Virus record (IMG/VR): IMGVR_UViG_3300011115_000717
Coordinates: 1 to 64,000 of that record
Reading direction: 5' to 3' (one strand)
From: a virus
Length of the DNA: 64,000 nucleotides
This document shows, piece after piece, positions 55,939-64,000 of this stretch (its first letter is position 1; the number at the start of each line of letters is the position of its first letter). Below the pieces are notes generated by a model. The model was not told where the DNA came from and searched no databases. It worked only from the letters and a program-made list of their open reading frames with translations. The position numbers and the translations under genes were made by a program.

Positions 55939-57435
55939 ATGGGCGTTAATATCAAGGGCGGTAATAATTCAGCGGGTTTAGCAAATGTGAGTTCCACATA
56001 CGAACTACAGGTGGTGACTCCTATAACTGAAGTCGATGCAGGTTTCGTACAGTTGAGTACGGAAATTGACGCGGGAGATGTCACAGGAACGCGTTCCGTG
56101 GTTGCACTTGAAGCCTCTGACGACTATCGCCTCCGTGTGGGTATTGACCAGACTGTGTTCAATGCTTCCTTTGAAGGCACAACACTCCTGACTACTACCT
56201 GGAGTCAGTTGCTAACTACAGCAACCACTGCCCAAGCCAACGGATTTATGTCGCTTAACTCTACTCCAAGCACAGCCAGTGGTGCAGCAGCGTATGTGCG
56301 TACTCATCGACACTTTCCTACATTCGGAACTTATCCCACCTACTGTGATATGTGGATTCGTGAAGCCAATACAGCGGCTACAAACTCCATCAGCGAATGG
56401 GGATTTCTGTATCTCACTGCACAGGCTACACAACAACCCATTGACGGTATTTATTTCCGCCGCATTTCAGGCGGACAGTTGTACGCAGTAGTCACGAACA
56501 ACTCCACAGATATTGCGTCAGCCGCCATCACCACCACCAATGTGCCGCCCCGTGATGGTGTGGGTGCATTTGACGCAACAGAATCCAATCACTATATGCT
56601 TACCTACCACAATGATGTGGCTCGGTTCTGGATCAACGATGTCATCGTTGCAGAATTGGCTTGCCCTGCTGCTCAGGCACAGTTGACTTCTTCGTCCAAT
56701 AATCCTGTTGGTTTCCGTGTTCTTAATACGGGTGTTGCATCAGTTGGACGGCAACTTACTGTTGGATTTGTAAATGTAGGATTGGGTGATCAAAATGTCA
56801 ATAAGCCGTGGTCTCATGCTCTCTGTGGTATGGGTAATGGTGCGTATCAGTTTGCAAACGGTAACACACCTGGTCCAACCGTGAAACGAACCGCTGGTAC
56901 AAGCGGACACCCTGCAAGCGGAACTGTTCGTATTGCAGGTACATGGACTGCAACATCAGCACCCGCACTAAACGAACTTGGTGGATTGTGGACAACTCCT
57001 GCTATGTCAACACTAGCATCAGATGCTGACTATCCTGTGTTTGCATTTCAGAATCCAACAGGTACGGCTGTACTGCCAGGTAAGACTCTGTATGTTACAG
57101 GTGTTCGTGTGGGTGAGGCGTTCGTCTCGGCTGCGGCTTCCACCAATGCCATGTTCCTGTCCTACATTATTGCGGTTGGAAACAGCGCATCGGGTACTGG
57201 CACAGCAGATGCAGCAACAACGGTTTCGGGTAAGTCTGTTACTATTGGTGGTCACGGATTCATTGCAACCGAAGTAGTAGGTAACTATAAACCAGGATTT
57301 GAAATGCGTTTTGATTCTCCACTAATGGTTCCTGCGGGTCAGTATTTTACATTCATTGTTCGTCCGTTTGGTACAGTAGCATCAAATACTCTTGTGATTA
57401 CATGCAGTCTTGCAGTGAACGGATACTTTGAATAA
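55939..57435 (+). CDS. putative virion appendage/receptor-binding protein, paralog A
   Basis: 498 aa, beta-rich; AGGAG RBS; colinear with the 57741 protein. Confidence 0.65.
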   Translation: MGVNIKGGNNSAGLANVSSTYELQVVTPITEVDAGFVQLSTEIDAGDVTGTRSVVALEASDDYRLRVGIDQTVFNASFEGTTLLTTTWSQLLTTATTAQANGFMSLNSTPSTASGAAAYVRTHRHFPTFGTYPTYCDMWIREANTAATNSISEWGFLYLTAQATQQPIDGIYFRRISGGQLYAVVTNNSTDIASAAITTTNVPPRDGVGAFDATESNHYMLTYHNDVARFWINDVIVAELACPAAQAQLTSSSNNPVGFRVLNTGVASVGRQLTVGFVNVGLGDQNVNKPWSHALCGMGNGAYQFANGNTPGPTVKRTAGTSGHPASGTVRIAGTWTATSAPALNELGGLWTTPAMSTLASDADYPVFAFQNPTGTAVLPGKTLYVTGVRVGEAFVSAAASTNAMFLSYIIAVGNSASGTGTADAATTVSGKSVTIGGHGFIATEVVGNYKPGFEMRFDSPLMVPAGQYFTFIVRPFGTVASNTLVITCSLAVNGYFE

Positions 57436-57716
57436 TGGCACTTCTTCAAATAATACAATCTCAAAATGGTGTTCCTGCCAATTATTGGAAAATTACATCT
57501 GTAGTTTTCAATTTGAGTGGATCGTGCACCATAAGAGTTGATGGGTATTTTGATGAGACTGCTCGGAGAGATAATTATGATGCTATGAAGTATTTTTCCT
57601 ACACAGTGGATTCTGCAAATATGGCAACTGTATTTCCAACAGGATTCAATCTTATGGCTGCGTATGATTATGTGAAAACACAAGTAGAGTTTTCGTTTGG
57701 TTCTGTTGATGTGTGA
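57435..57716 (+). CDS. small fibre-associated/chaperone-like protein
   Basis: Y.KI...Y..E.AR...AY.Y.K....F....DV pattern seen after phage fibre genes. Confidence 0.5.
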   Translation: MALLQIIQSQNGVPANYWKITSVVFNLSGSCTIRVDGYFDETARRDNYDAMKYFSYTVDSANMATVFPTGFNLMAAYDYVKTQVEFSFGSVDV

Positions 57717-57740
57717 TTATTTAATTGAGAAAGAATATAA

Positions 57741-59243
57741 ATGGGTATTAAACTTCAAGGTGGAAACGATTCAACTAATCTGACAAGTGTGGATGCTCTG
57801 AATCAACTCAGAGTAACTACACCATTAACAGGAGTGTGTGCAGGATTTGTACAAGCCAGTGTTGAGAATGATGTGGGTGATGTGCTTGGATCTCGTGAAG
57901 TACTTGTACTTGAAGCCTCCGATGACTATCGTCTTCGCAGTGGTCTAGATCAGACGGTATTTAATACTACCTTTGAAGGTACCGTTCTACACACTTCGAT
58001 ATGGTTTCAATCTTTGTCTGTTATGACTACGGGAGTAGTCAATGGTTTTTTAACATTGAATGCTGGACTTAATACTGCTGCTGCTTCTGTTGCATATGTT
58101 CGTACCTACAGACAGTTTCCAGTCTTTGGAACTTATCCCACCTATGTTGATATGTGGGTTCGTGAATCTTTACCCGATACTACCAATTGTATTAGTGAAT
58201 GGGGTCTGATCTATACAGTCGCATCTGCTACACAACAATTAACTGATGCTATATGTTTTCGCCGTACTTCAAGTGGTCAGTTACGAGTGGCTATTGTAAA
58301 TAATAATATTGATGTAGAAGAAGAGGCTGTCAATGTGACAGGAGTTCCTTCTCGACATGGTGTTGGTATGTATGATCCATCACAATCTAATCATTATTTG
58401 ATAACAGTCATGAATGATATAGTTCGGTTTTGGATTAATGATACACTCGTTGCAGAAATAAAATGCCCTTCTGCACAGGCAAATTTTTCATCTGCTTCTG
58501 CTCTGCCTGTTGGGTTTCGTGTCCTAAATCTTGCTGCTACATCCACATCACGACAAATTTCAATAGGTTATGTGAATGTAGGCTTGGGAGATCAGAATAC
58601 CAACAAACCGTGGAGTCATGTATTAAGTGGTATGGGTCAAGGCTCATATCAAGTACAACAGGGATCCGCAACAATTCTAGGAACAGTTACTCGCTCTGGT
58701 GCAGGATTAGCAGGACATCCAAATAGTGCAACTGTTCGTGCTGCTGGCACATTTACACAAAGTTCAGGTCCATCAACAGGTAGTCTTGGTGGACTGTGGA
58801 CATCACCCGCAATGTCTACACTCACAACAGAATTTGAGTATCCAATATTTTCTTATATAAATCCTGTGGGTACTGCTGCTATTCCAGGTAAGACTCTATA
58901 TGTTACTGGAATTCGTATTGGTGAGACCAGTGCAACTGTGGCAGCAGCAGCGGGTGGTATGTTTCTATCTTACATTGTTATGCCTGAGTCATCAGGATCA
59001 AGTATGGCAACTACAGACTCAGTAACAAACACATCGGGTAAATCTATAGTTATGGGTGGACAAGGATTTGCTTCAACTGATGTGGCGGGAACCATGAAGC
59101 CAGGATTCGATATGTCTTTTCCTTCTCCTCTTGTTATTCCTGCTGGTAAATATTTAATTATTGGAGTCCGTTTATCAGGAACTACAGCATTAAATACTCT
59201 TGTAGTAACGGGAAGCGTTGCAGTCAATGGATACTTTGAATAA
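57741..59243 (+). CDS. putative virion appendage/receptor-binding protein, paralog B
   Basis: 500 aa; shares LEASDDYRLR, FP.FGTYPTY.DMW, NKPWSH, PGKTLYVTG, AVNGYFE with 55939. Confidence 0.65.
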   Translation: MGIKLQGGNDSTNLTSVDALNQLRVTTPLTGVCAGFVQASVENDVGDVLGSREVLVLEASDDYRLRSGLDQTVFNTTFEGTVLHTSIWFQSLSVMTTGVVNGFLTLNAGLNTAAASVAYVRTYRQFPVFGTYPTYVDMWVRESLPDTTNCISEWGLIYTVASATQQLTDAICFRRTSSGQLRVAIVNNNIDVEEEAVNVTGVPSRHGVGMYDPSQSNHYLITVMNDIVRFWINDTLVAEIKCPSAQANFSSASALPVGFRVLNLAATSTSRQISIGYVNVGLGDQNTNKPWSHVLSGMGQGSYQVQQGSATILGTVTRSGAGLAGHPNSATVRAAGTFTQSSGPSTGSLGGLWTSPAMSTLTTEFEYPIFSYINPVGTAAIPGKTLYVTGIRIGETSATVAAAAGGMFLSYIVMPESSGSSMATTDSVTNTSGKSIVMGGQGFASTDVAGTMKPGFDMSFPSPLVIPAGKYLIIGVRLSGTTALNTLVVTGSVAVNGYFE

Positions 59244-59244
59244 C

Positions 59245-59272
59245 TTGACTTTAATTTTCTTTATGCTATAAT
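59245..59272 (+). promoter_or_regulatory. sigma70-type promoter of dUTPase, probably leaderless
   Basis: TTGACT, 16 bp spacer ending TGC, TATAAT; ATG 6 nt downstream. Confidence 0.75.
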
Positions 59273-59278
59273 AGTCAC

Positions 59279-59797
59279 ATGTTCTTAGACTACTTTAAAG
59301 TTTCTCCAAATATTCCAGATCCAAACTTTCAGACCAAAATGTCTGCCTGCTTTGATCTAGCCGCATATATTCCATCTACTGAAAAAGTAAAAATTTATGA
59401 TGGAAAAAAGGAAAATTCCTTTCTTCCAGATCATGATGGAGAAAAAGGTCAAGATTACATCACCCTAATGCCTTCTGAAAGGGCTCTAATTCGCACAGGC
59501 TTGACTTTTAACGTGCCCCAAGGATATTCTGTCCGAATACACCCTAGATCAGGAATGGCTCTTAAATACGGTCTTACGCTTGCAAATTGCGAAGGCGTAG
59601 TCGATGAAGATTACACCTATGAGACCAAAATTATCATGATCAATACTAGCACAGATCCTGTCAGAATCTATAATAGAGATAGAATTGCACAGGCTGAACT
59701 CGTAAAGTATGAACAGCCAACGCTAATGGAAATTTATACAGAACCGAGTCTCAAGTCAGACCGTATCGGTGGGTTCGGTAGTACTGGAATCAGTTGA
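59279..59797 (+). CDS. dut: trimeric dUTPase
   Basis: SACFDL, PRSG, GVVDEDY, RIAQ, RIGGFGSTG. Confidence 0.95.
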   Translation: MFLDYFKVSPNIPDPNFQTKMSACFDLAAYIPSTEKVKIYDGKKENSFLPDHDGEKGQDYITLMPSERALIRTGLTFNVPQGYSVRIHPRSGMALKYGLTLANCEGVVDEDYTYETKIIMINTSTDPVRIYNRDRIAQAELVKYEQPTLMEIYTEPSLKSDRIGGFGSTGIS

Positions 59798-60025
59798 TTT
59801 CTTTTTAGAAAATTTAATTGATTTAAATTCTTTCCAGACTAACCAAACTACGAATACGACAACTGGAAAATACCAGAATGCCCATTCGGATGCTTTGTCT
59901 GGAGTATTGAAAAAAGAATTTTCAGAGACTGTGTGAATATGTTCACCAGTCTTTGTCTTTAATGTGACAAATTCAGGACTAGTACATGAGGCGAGAAAGA
60001 GAATGATTGGAAGTAAATATTTCAT
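59756..60025 (-). CDS. lipoprotein with C-terminal TM helix (u-spanin-like)
   Basis: MKYLLPIILFLASC lipobox; WAFWYFPVVVFVVWLVW TM segment followed by a Lys-rich tail. Confidence 0.55.
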   Translation of the reverse strand: MKYLLPIILFLASCTSPEFVTLKTKTGEHIHTVSENSFFNTPDKASEWAFWYFPVVVFVVWLVWKEFKSIKFSKKKSTDSSTTEPTDTV

Positions 60026-60453
60026 TTGTTGCTCCCTGCTGCTGAACCAAAGTAGAACCCAACAACGGCAAGTAGAACTTGACGATTTTCTTCTGCTAAG
60101 AAATATCCTGGAATTTCAATAAAGTATTTACGAGTTGTTTCTGGAATGAATCCAAAGATAGCATCTGGTTGTTTCTGTGAAATTTCTACAAAGGTAGGAA
60201 TACCAAAGAACGGTAAGACGAATGGAGCAGCCACAACTGCAAATAGGCAAGCAAGTACAATAAGACGACGAACATTCTTACCTACATCTATTGGAACTCG
60301 TTGAACAGCCTTATCTTGATTTTCAGTAGTTTGAGTATTTGCTTTGAGCATTTGCTCAAACATCTCTTTTTGATCCTGAGCCCGTTGAGCCCAGTACTTG
60401 AAAAGAAACCCAGTAGCAGTTCCACCAATTAATGATATGAGTTGTTCAGACAT
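60022..60453 (-). CDS. holin-like membrane protein
   Basis: Hydrophobic segments RRLIVLACLFAVVAAPFVLPFFG and VLLAVVGFYFG, a 3TM-holin-like ending. Confidence 0.55.
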   Translation of the reverse strand: MSEQLISLIGGTATGFLFKYWAQRAQDQKEMFEQMLKANTQTTENQDKAVQRVPIDVGKNVRRLIVLACLFAVVAAPFVLPFFGIPTFVEISQKQPDAIFGFIPETTRKYFIEIPGYFLAEENRQVLLAVVGFYFGSAAGSNK

Positions 60454-60461
60454 AATATACC

Positions 60462-61079
60462 TCAGTTCTTTTGATGTGAAAGTTGAATCTCAATCGACTC
60501 TTTGATAGCCTTAAAATGTTTCATTAAAATTTCTTCTTCTAGTTGTGGCTCAAAGTCTTCATGCCATTGAAGTAAAATAAATCCAATATTAATACCTTTA
60601 TTTTTTAAAGGAAGACATGCATAATCTGATACATTTTCATCTTCAAAGAACCCTTTGGTGTAACTTTCAGGTAATGACCGAAGAGGATAAATTAAATTTT
60701 TATTATCTAAAACATGGACCAATAAGGGAATAAACATAGAACATAAACTTGCTTTTAATTTTATTACCTGTGAGTTGTATCCTTTATGAGAGGATTCATG
60801 TGTTACAGAAAATTTACGCATGGAAATTCCATCCATAAAATAATCTCCATTATGAAACTGTAAAATGCTTGCTCTCATGCACTTTGTGGTAACTCTAAGT
60901 TCTGTTAATAATTCGTGTATTTCTGTATGAATTTCAATAAAATTATCTGTTTTTATTCTAGACTTTACAAATTTCATAATTCCATATACACCCCCGATCA
61001 CACCTACCATAATAAGAGAAATAATGTCTATAAATTTGGTATAATCGATGAGAGATAACAGCATATATTGAAACTCCAT
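60462..61079 (-). CDS. membrane protein with N-terminal TM and GAF-like domain (T4 holin T-like architecture)
   Basis: TM IISLIMVGVIGGVYGIM then R.SILQFHNG..F..G.S..KFSVTHE...PL...IGFI.L; start 61079 preferred because 61088 abuts the promoter. Confidence 0.55.
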   Translation of the reverse strand: MEFQYMLLSLIDYTKFIDIISLIMVGVIGGVYGIMKFVKSRIKTDNFIEIHTEIHELLTELRVTTKCMRASILQFHNGDYFMDGISMRKFSVTHESSHKGYNSQVIKLKASLCSMFIPLLVHVLDNKNLIYPLRSLPESYTKGFFEDENVSDYACLPLKNKGINIGFILLQWHEDFEPQLEEEILMKHFKAIKESIEIQLSHQKN

Positions 61080-61091
61080 TGGGCGCATTAA

Positions 61092-61130
61092 TATTTATAT
61101 TCTTGACTATGGGGTGTAATGTGGTATAAT
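61092..61130. promoter_or_regulatory. divergent late (TATAAATA, -) and sigma70-type (+) promoters
   Basis: tatttata at 61092-61099; TTGACT (61103-61108), 16 bp, TATAAT (61125-61130). Confidence 0.75.
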
Positions 61131-61137
61131 ATACACC

Positions 61138-61458
61138 ATGAATAAAGATGAATTGTTCCACCTACACGAAGACATTTGCCGTCGTGCCTTAGTTATAATG
61201 CGGGCAAAATCCGCCGATTACTCCTCTGGATCAGACCCTTTTGCTAACTTTAAGCGAGGAGAGATACTGGGGTTTGCGAGTGCCGAAGAGGGGTTAATGT
61301 TGCGAGTAGTCGATAAAATCTCACGTATTTCCACTTTTCTTAAGAAGGGTGAACTAAAAGTGGGAAATGAGAGTGTTCAAGACAGTATTCTTGATGTTAT
61401 TAATTATATGATTTTACTTCAGGGGTTGTTGACAGATAAAGAAACCAAATCATTATGA
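61138..61458 (+). CDS. DUF1599/nucleotide-modification-associated, MazG-like all-alpha protein
   Basis: K.ADY....DPFANF...G.MLR..DK.SR...ESV.D...D..NY. Confidence 0.7.
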   Translation: MNKDELFHLHEDICRRALVIMRAKSADYSSGSDPFANFKRGEILGFASAEEGLMLRVVDKISRISTFLKKGELKVGNESVQDSILDVINYMILLQGLLTDKETKSL

Positions 61459-63962
61459 AATTTTATACAGCATGTGCTCTTAAAGGGAACAAGGTTCTTG
61501 TTCGTGGATATCGTAATGGTGCCCGTTTTACGGACACTGTTTCATTTAAGCCCTCGCTGTACGTTCGTACCGACAAACCAACCAAGTATACCACTTTGAC
61601 AGGTGTCAAGGTTGGTCGTATTGAGTTTGAGACATTATACGAATGTCGTAAATTTCTTGACCAATACAGAGAACTAGATGATTGCCCGATTTATGGAAAC
61701 ACTGATTTCATTACTCAATATATCATGGAGACTTATGCGTCTGAGGTGGAATACGATCTTTCCAAGATCAAAGTAGCCTACTTGGACCTTGAATGTGAGA
61801 CGGAAGGTGGATTCCCTAATCTTGATGCGCCTAATGAACGCATCAACTTGGTGACGATTCGTATCTCTGGTGTTAATTATGTTATCACCATGAAGCCCGT
61901 CAAACTTCCGGACTGTAAAGTTATTTTAGTTGCTTCTGAAAAAGAATTGATTAAAAAGATTTTTGATATTTTGAAACACTGCGACCCAGATATTTTGACT
62001 GGGTGGAATATCAAACTGTTTGACATGCCTTATATCATTGGTCGTGCAAAACTATTCTTTGATGAAAAAGAAATTCAAGGATGGATGCCATTTGGGCTGA
62101 TGAAAATGCGTATTACTAATATTGGTGGTAAAGATTATACACTATATGAGTTTCCAGGATATACTATTCTCGATTACATGGATTTGTATAAGAAGTTTTC
62201 CGGAACTAACCAAGAGAGTTATGCCCTAAATAATATAGCAAAGGTAGAACTAGATGAACAAAAACTGGACTATACCGAGTATGGGTCATTGCGTGAGTTT
62301 TATACGCAAAACTTTCAAAAGTTTGCTGAGTACAATATCCAAGACGTGGTCTTGGTTGAGCGACTTGAGGATAAATTAAAGTTAATTGATCTTGCTGTTT
62401 CGATTGCATATGAAGCCAAGATCACCTTTGATACAGTCTTCTTTGCTACACGTATTTGGGAAACCATTTGTTGTGACTATCTTGCCAAACAAAACATTGT
62501 TCCACCACTAAAGACTAAGTACGCCAAGGACGAGCAGTTCATTGGTGCATATGTCAAGGATGTTATTCCGGGTCTGTATAAAAATGTTGTGAGTTTCGAT
62601 GCAACATCTCTATATCCATCTATTATCATTGGTTGGAACATTTCACCCGAGACATGTATTGTCAAGAATTCATCATTGAATGCGGATGACTTTTTGCGTA
62701 GCAAGCGCAAAGAGATTCCAGACATGATTCAAGATGCTGTTGATCAGAATGCATGTTTGGCATGTAATGGTTCAGTCTTCTCAAATACTGTTAAGGGATT
62801 CATTCCTACTTTGATTGAGATTACTTTTAATCAGCGTCAGGAAGCCAAGAAGAAGATGATCAAGTTGGAGAAGGAATACGAGATCTCGAAAGATAAGAAT
62901 CTTATTCCATTGATTGCTGCGCTTAAGATTCGCCAATCTGTGAAGAAGATTTTGGCTAACAGTCTTTATGGTTGTCTCGGTAATCCTGCCTTCACATACT
63001 CATCACCAGAACTTGCAACAGCAGTGACTGTTACGGGTCAGGTTATCATTCGCTCTGCTGAAGAACAAATGAATGCTTATATCAATAAGGTGATGAAAAA
63101 TAAAATTACAAAGGATTATGTCATTGCCGTTGATACGGATTCTGTTTATCTAAATCTTGAAGATATTATTTTTAGAGTCTCAGAAGGTAGTCCTATTAAA
63201 GATGTCACTTCCTTCATCGATAATATTTGTGAAAACAATATTCAAAAAGAATTAAGTGGGAGTATGAGCCTACTTACAACTAAATTGAATTGTCTCTCTA
63301 ATAAAATTGTATTTAAGCGCGAAGCAATTGCATCAGTTGGACTGTTTGTTGCCAAAAAGAAATATGCATTGCTGTTAAATGATCTTGAAGGTATTCGTTT
63401 TAGTGAACCTAAGCTAAAGATCATGGGTCTTGAATCTGTTCGCAGTAGTACCCCGGGTATCGTTAGAGCAAAACTCAAAGAGTGTATCATGATTATTATG
63501 ACACAGAATGAGGACAAGTTACGTAAGTATGTGAATACATTTTACGATGAATTTATCAAGTTACCTATTGAGGATATTGCATCACCAAGAGGAGTTAAAG
63601 GTATTTCAAAGTACACGAGTAATGCTGATATATATAAAGGTGGTACACCAATAGCAACAAAGGCAGCACTGTTACATAATGCATATGTCAAAAAAATGCA
63701 TATCGATAAAACAGTTCCGTCTATCAAAGAAAATGATAAAATTAAATTTGTCTTTGTAAAGGTCCCAAACCCATATGGAACCAATGGCAAAGATGGTGTG
63801 ATGGGATTCATCAATAAATGCCCACCAGAATTTGAATTGAAAAAATATATTGATTTAGAGAAACAGTTTGAAAAAACCTTTTATGAACCTCTTGACAATA
63901 TTTTACAAGTTATTAAATGGTCGATCAGTAACAAAATTACACTTGAATCTTTTTTTGGATAA
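61455..63962 (+). CDS. gp43: family B DNA polymerase gp43
   Basis: Exo DLE and GWN...FD.PY; SFDATSLYPSII; K..ANSLYG; DTDS; KKKY; KIMGLE..RSSTP. Confidence 0.98.
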   Translation: MKFYTACALKGNKVLVRGYRNGARFTDTVSFKPSLYVRTDKPTKYTTLTGVKVGRIEFETLYECRKFLDQYRELDDCPIYGNTDFITQYIMETYASEVEYDLSKIKVAYLDLECETEGGFPNLDAPNERINLVTIRISGVNYVITMKPVKLPDCKVILVASEKELIKKIFDILKHCDPDILTGWNIKLFDMPYIIGRAKLFFDEKEIQGWMPFGLMKMRITNIGGKDYTLYEFPGYTILDYMDLYKKFSGTNQESYALNNIAKVELDEQKLDYTEYGSLREFYTQNFQKFAEYNIQDVVLVERLEDKLKLIDLAVSIAYEAKITFDTVFFATRIWETICCDYLAKQNIVPPLKTKYAKDEQFIGAYVKDVIPGLYKNVVSFDATSLYPSIIIGWNISPETCIVKNSSLNADDFLRSKRKEIPDMIQDAVDQNACLACNGSVFSNTVKGFIPTLIEITFNQRQEAKKKMIKLEKEYEISKDKNLIPLIAALKIRQSVKKILANSLYGCLGNPAFTYSSPELATAVTVTGQVIIRSAEEQMNAYINKVMKNKITKDYVIAVDTDSVYLNLEDIIFRVSEGSPIKDVTSFIDNICENNIQKELSGSMSLLTTKLNCLSNKIVFKREAIASVGLFVAKKKYALLLNDLEGIRFSEPKLKIMGLESVRSSTPGIVRAKLKECIMIIMTQNEDKLRKYVNTFYDEFIKLPIEDIASPRGVKGISKYTSNADIYKGGTPIATKAALLHNAYVKKMHIDKTVPSIKENDKIKFVFVKVPNPYGTNGKDGVMGFINKCPPEFELKKYIDLEKQFEKTFYEPLDNILQVIKWSISNKITLESFFG

Positions 63963-64000
63963 TACATCAGAACGGAATGTTAAGAAATGGTAAAGACCTT

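Noticed and set aside
55939-59243. Diversity-generating retroelement or invertible fibre cassette
   Set aside because: No reverse transcriptase or recombinase in the window, and no near-identical template/variable repeat pair seen
1-64000. tRNA, rRNA, CRISPR arrays, introns/inteins, stop-codon reassignment
   Set aside because: None seen by eye: intergenic gaps are very short and core genes are full length and uninterrupted in code 11; no tRNA scan was run

Overview
A 64 kb segment of a large T4-like (gp23-type) myophage genome in the standard genetic code, probably from an uncultured aquatic lineage (inference). It contains: (i) gp33/gp32; (ii) a virion morphogenesis block (gp51, gp26, gp54-like, gp4, gp48, gp53, a split gp27-like hub, gp25, short gp6 and gp7, gp13-gp23, gp3); (iii) an inverted uvsY-uvsW-Sm-gp3 block; (iv) a ~12.8 kb AT-rich island of 15 glycosyltransferase, methyltransferase and nucleotide-sugar genes; (v) gp55-47-46-45-44-62-regA; (vi) a GT2-TPR glycosyltransferase followed by a BclA/C1q-like collagen protein and fibre genes; (vii) dUTPase, a putative lysis cassette, a DUF1599-like gene and DNA polymerase gp43. 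The best candidate for a new system is phage-encoded virion protein O-glycosylation. A short G-x-[T/S]-[A/G] motif (GLTA, GLSG, GITG, GATG, GNTA) recurs in unrelated virion proteins, including insertions in the major capsid and neck proteins, and is scarce in replication proteins. It co-occurs with an SgtA/SunS-like GT2-TPR enzyme and the glycan island. Other notable points: a degenerate tail sheath with a minimal baseplate and no gp5 spike in the usual position, many apparently leaderless transcripts, an RBS-sequestering hairpin with an internal late promoter at regA, and a GAF-holin plus u-spanin-like cassette. All calls come from motif recognition and gene order; no searches were run.
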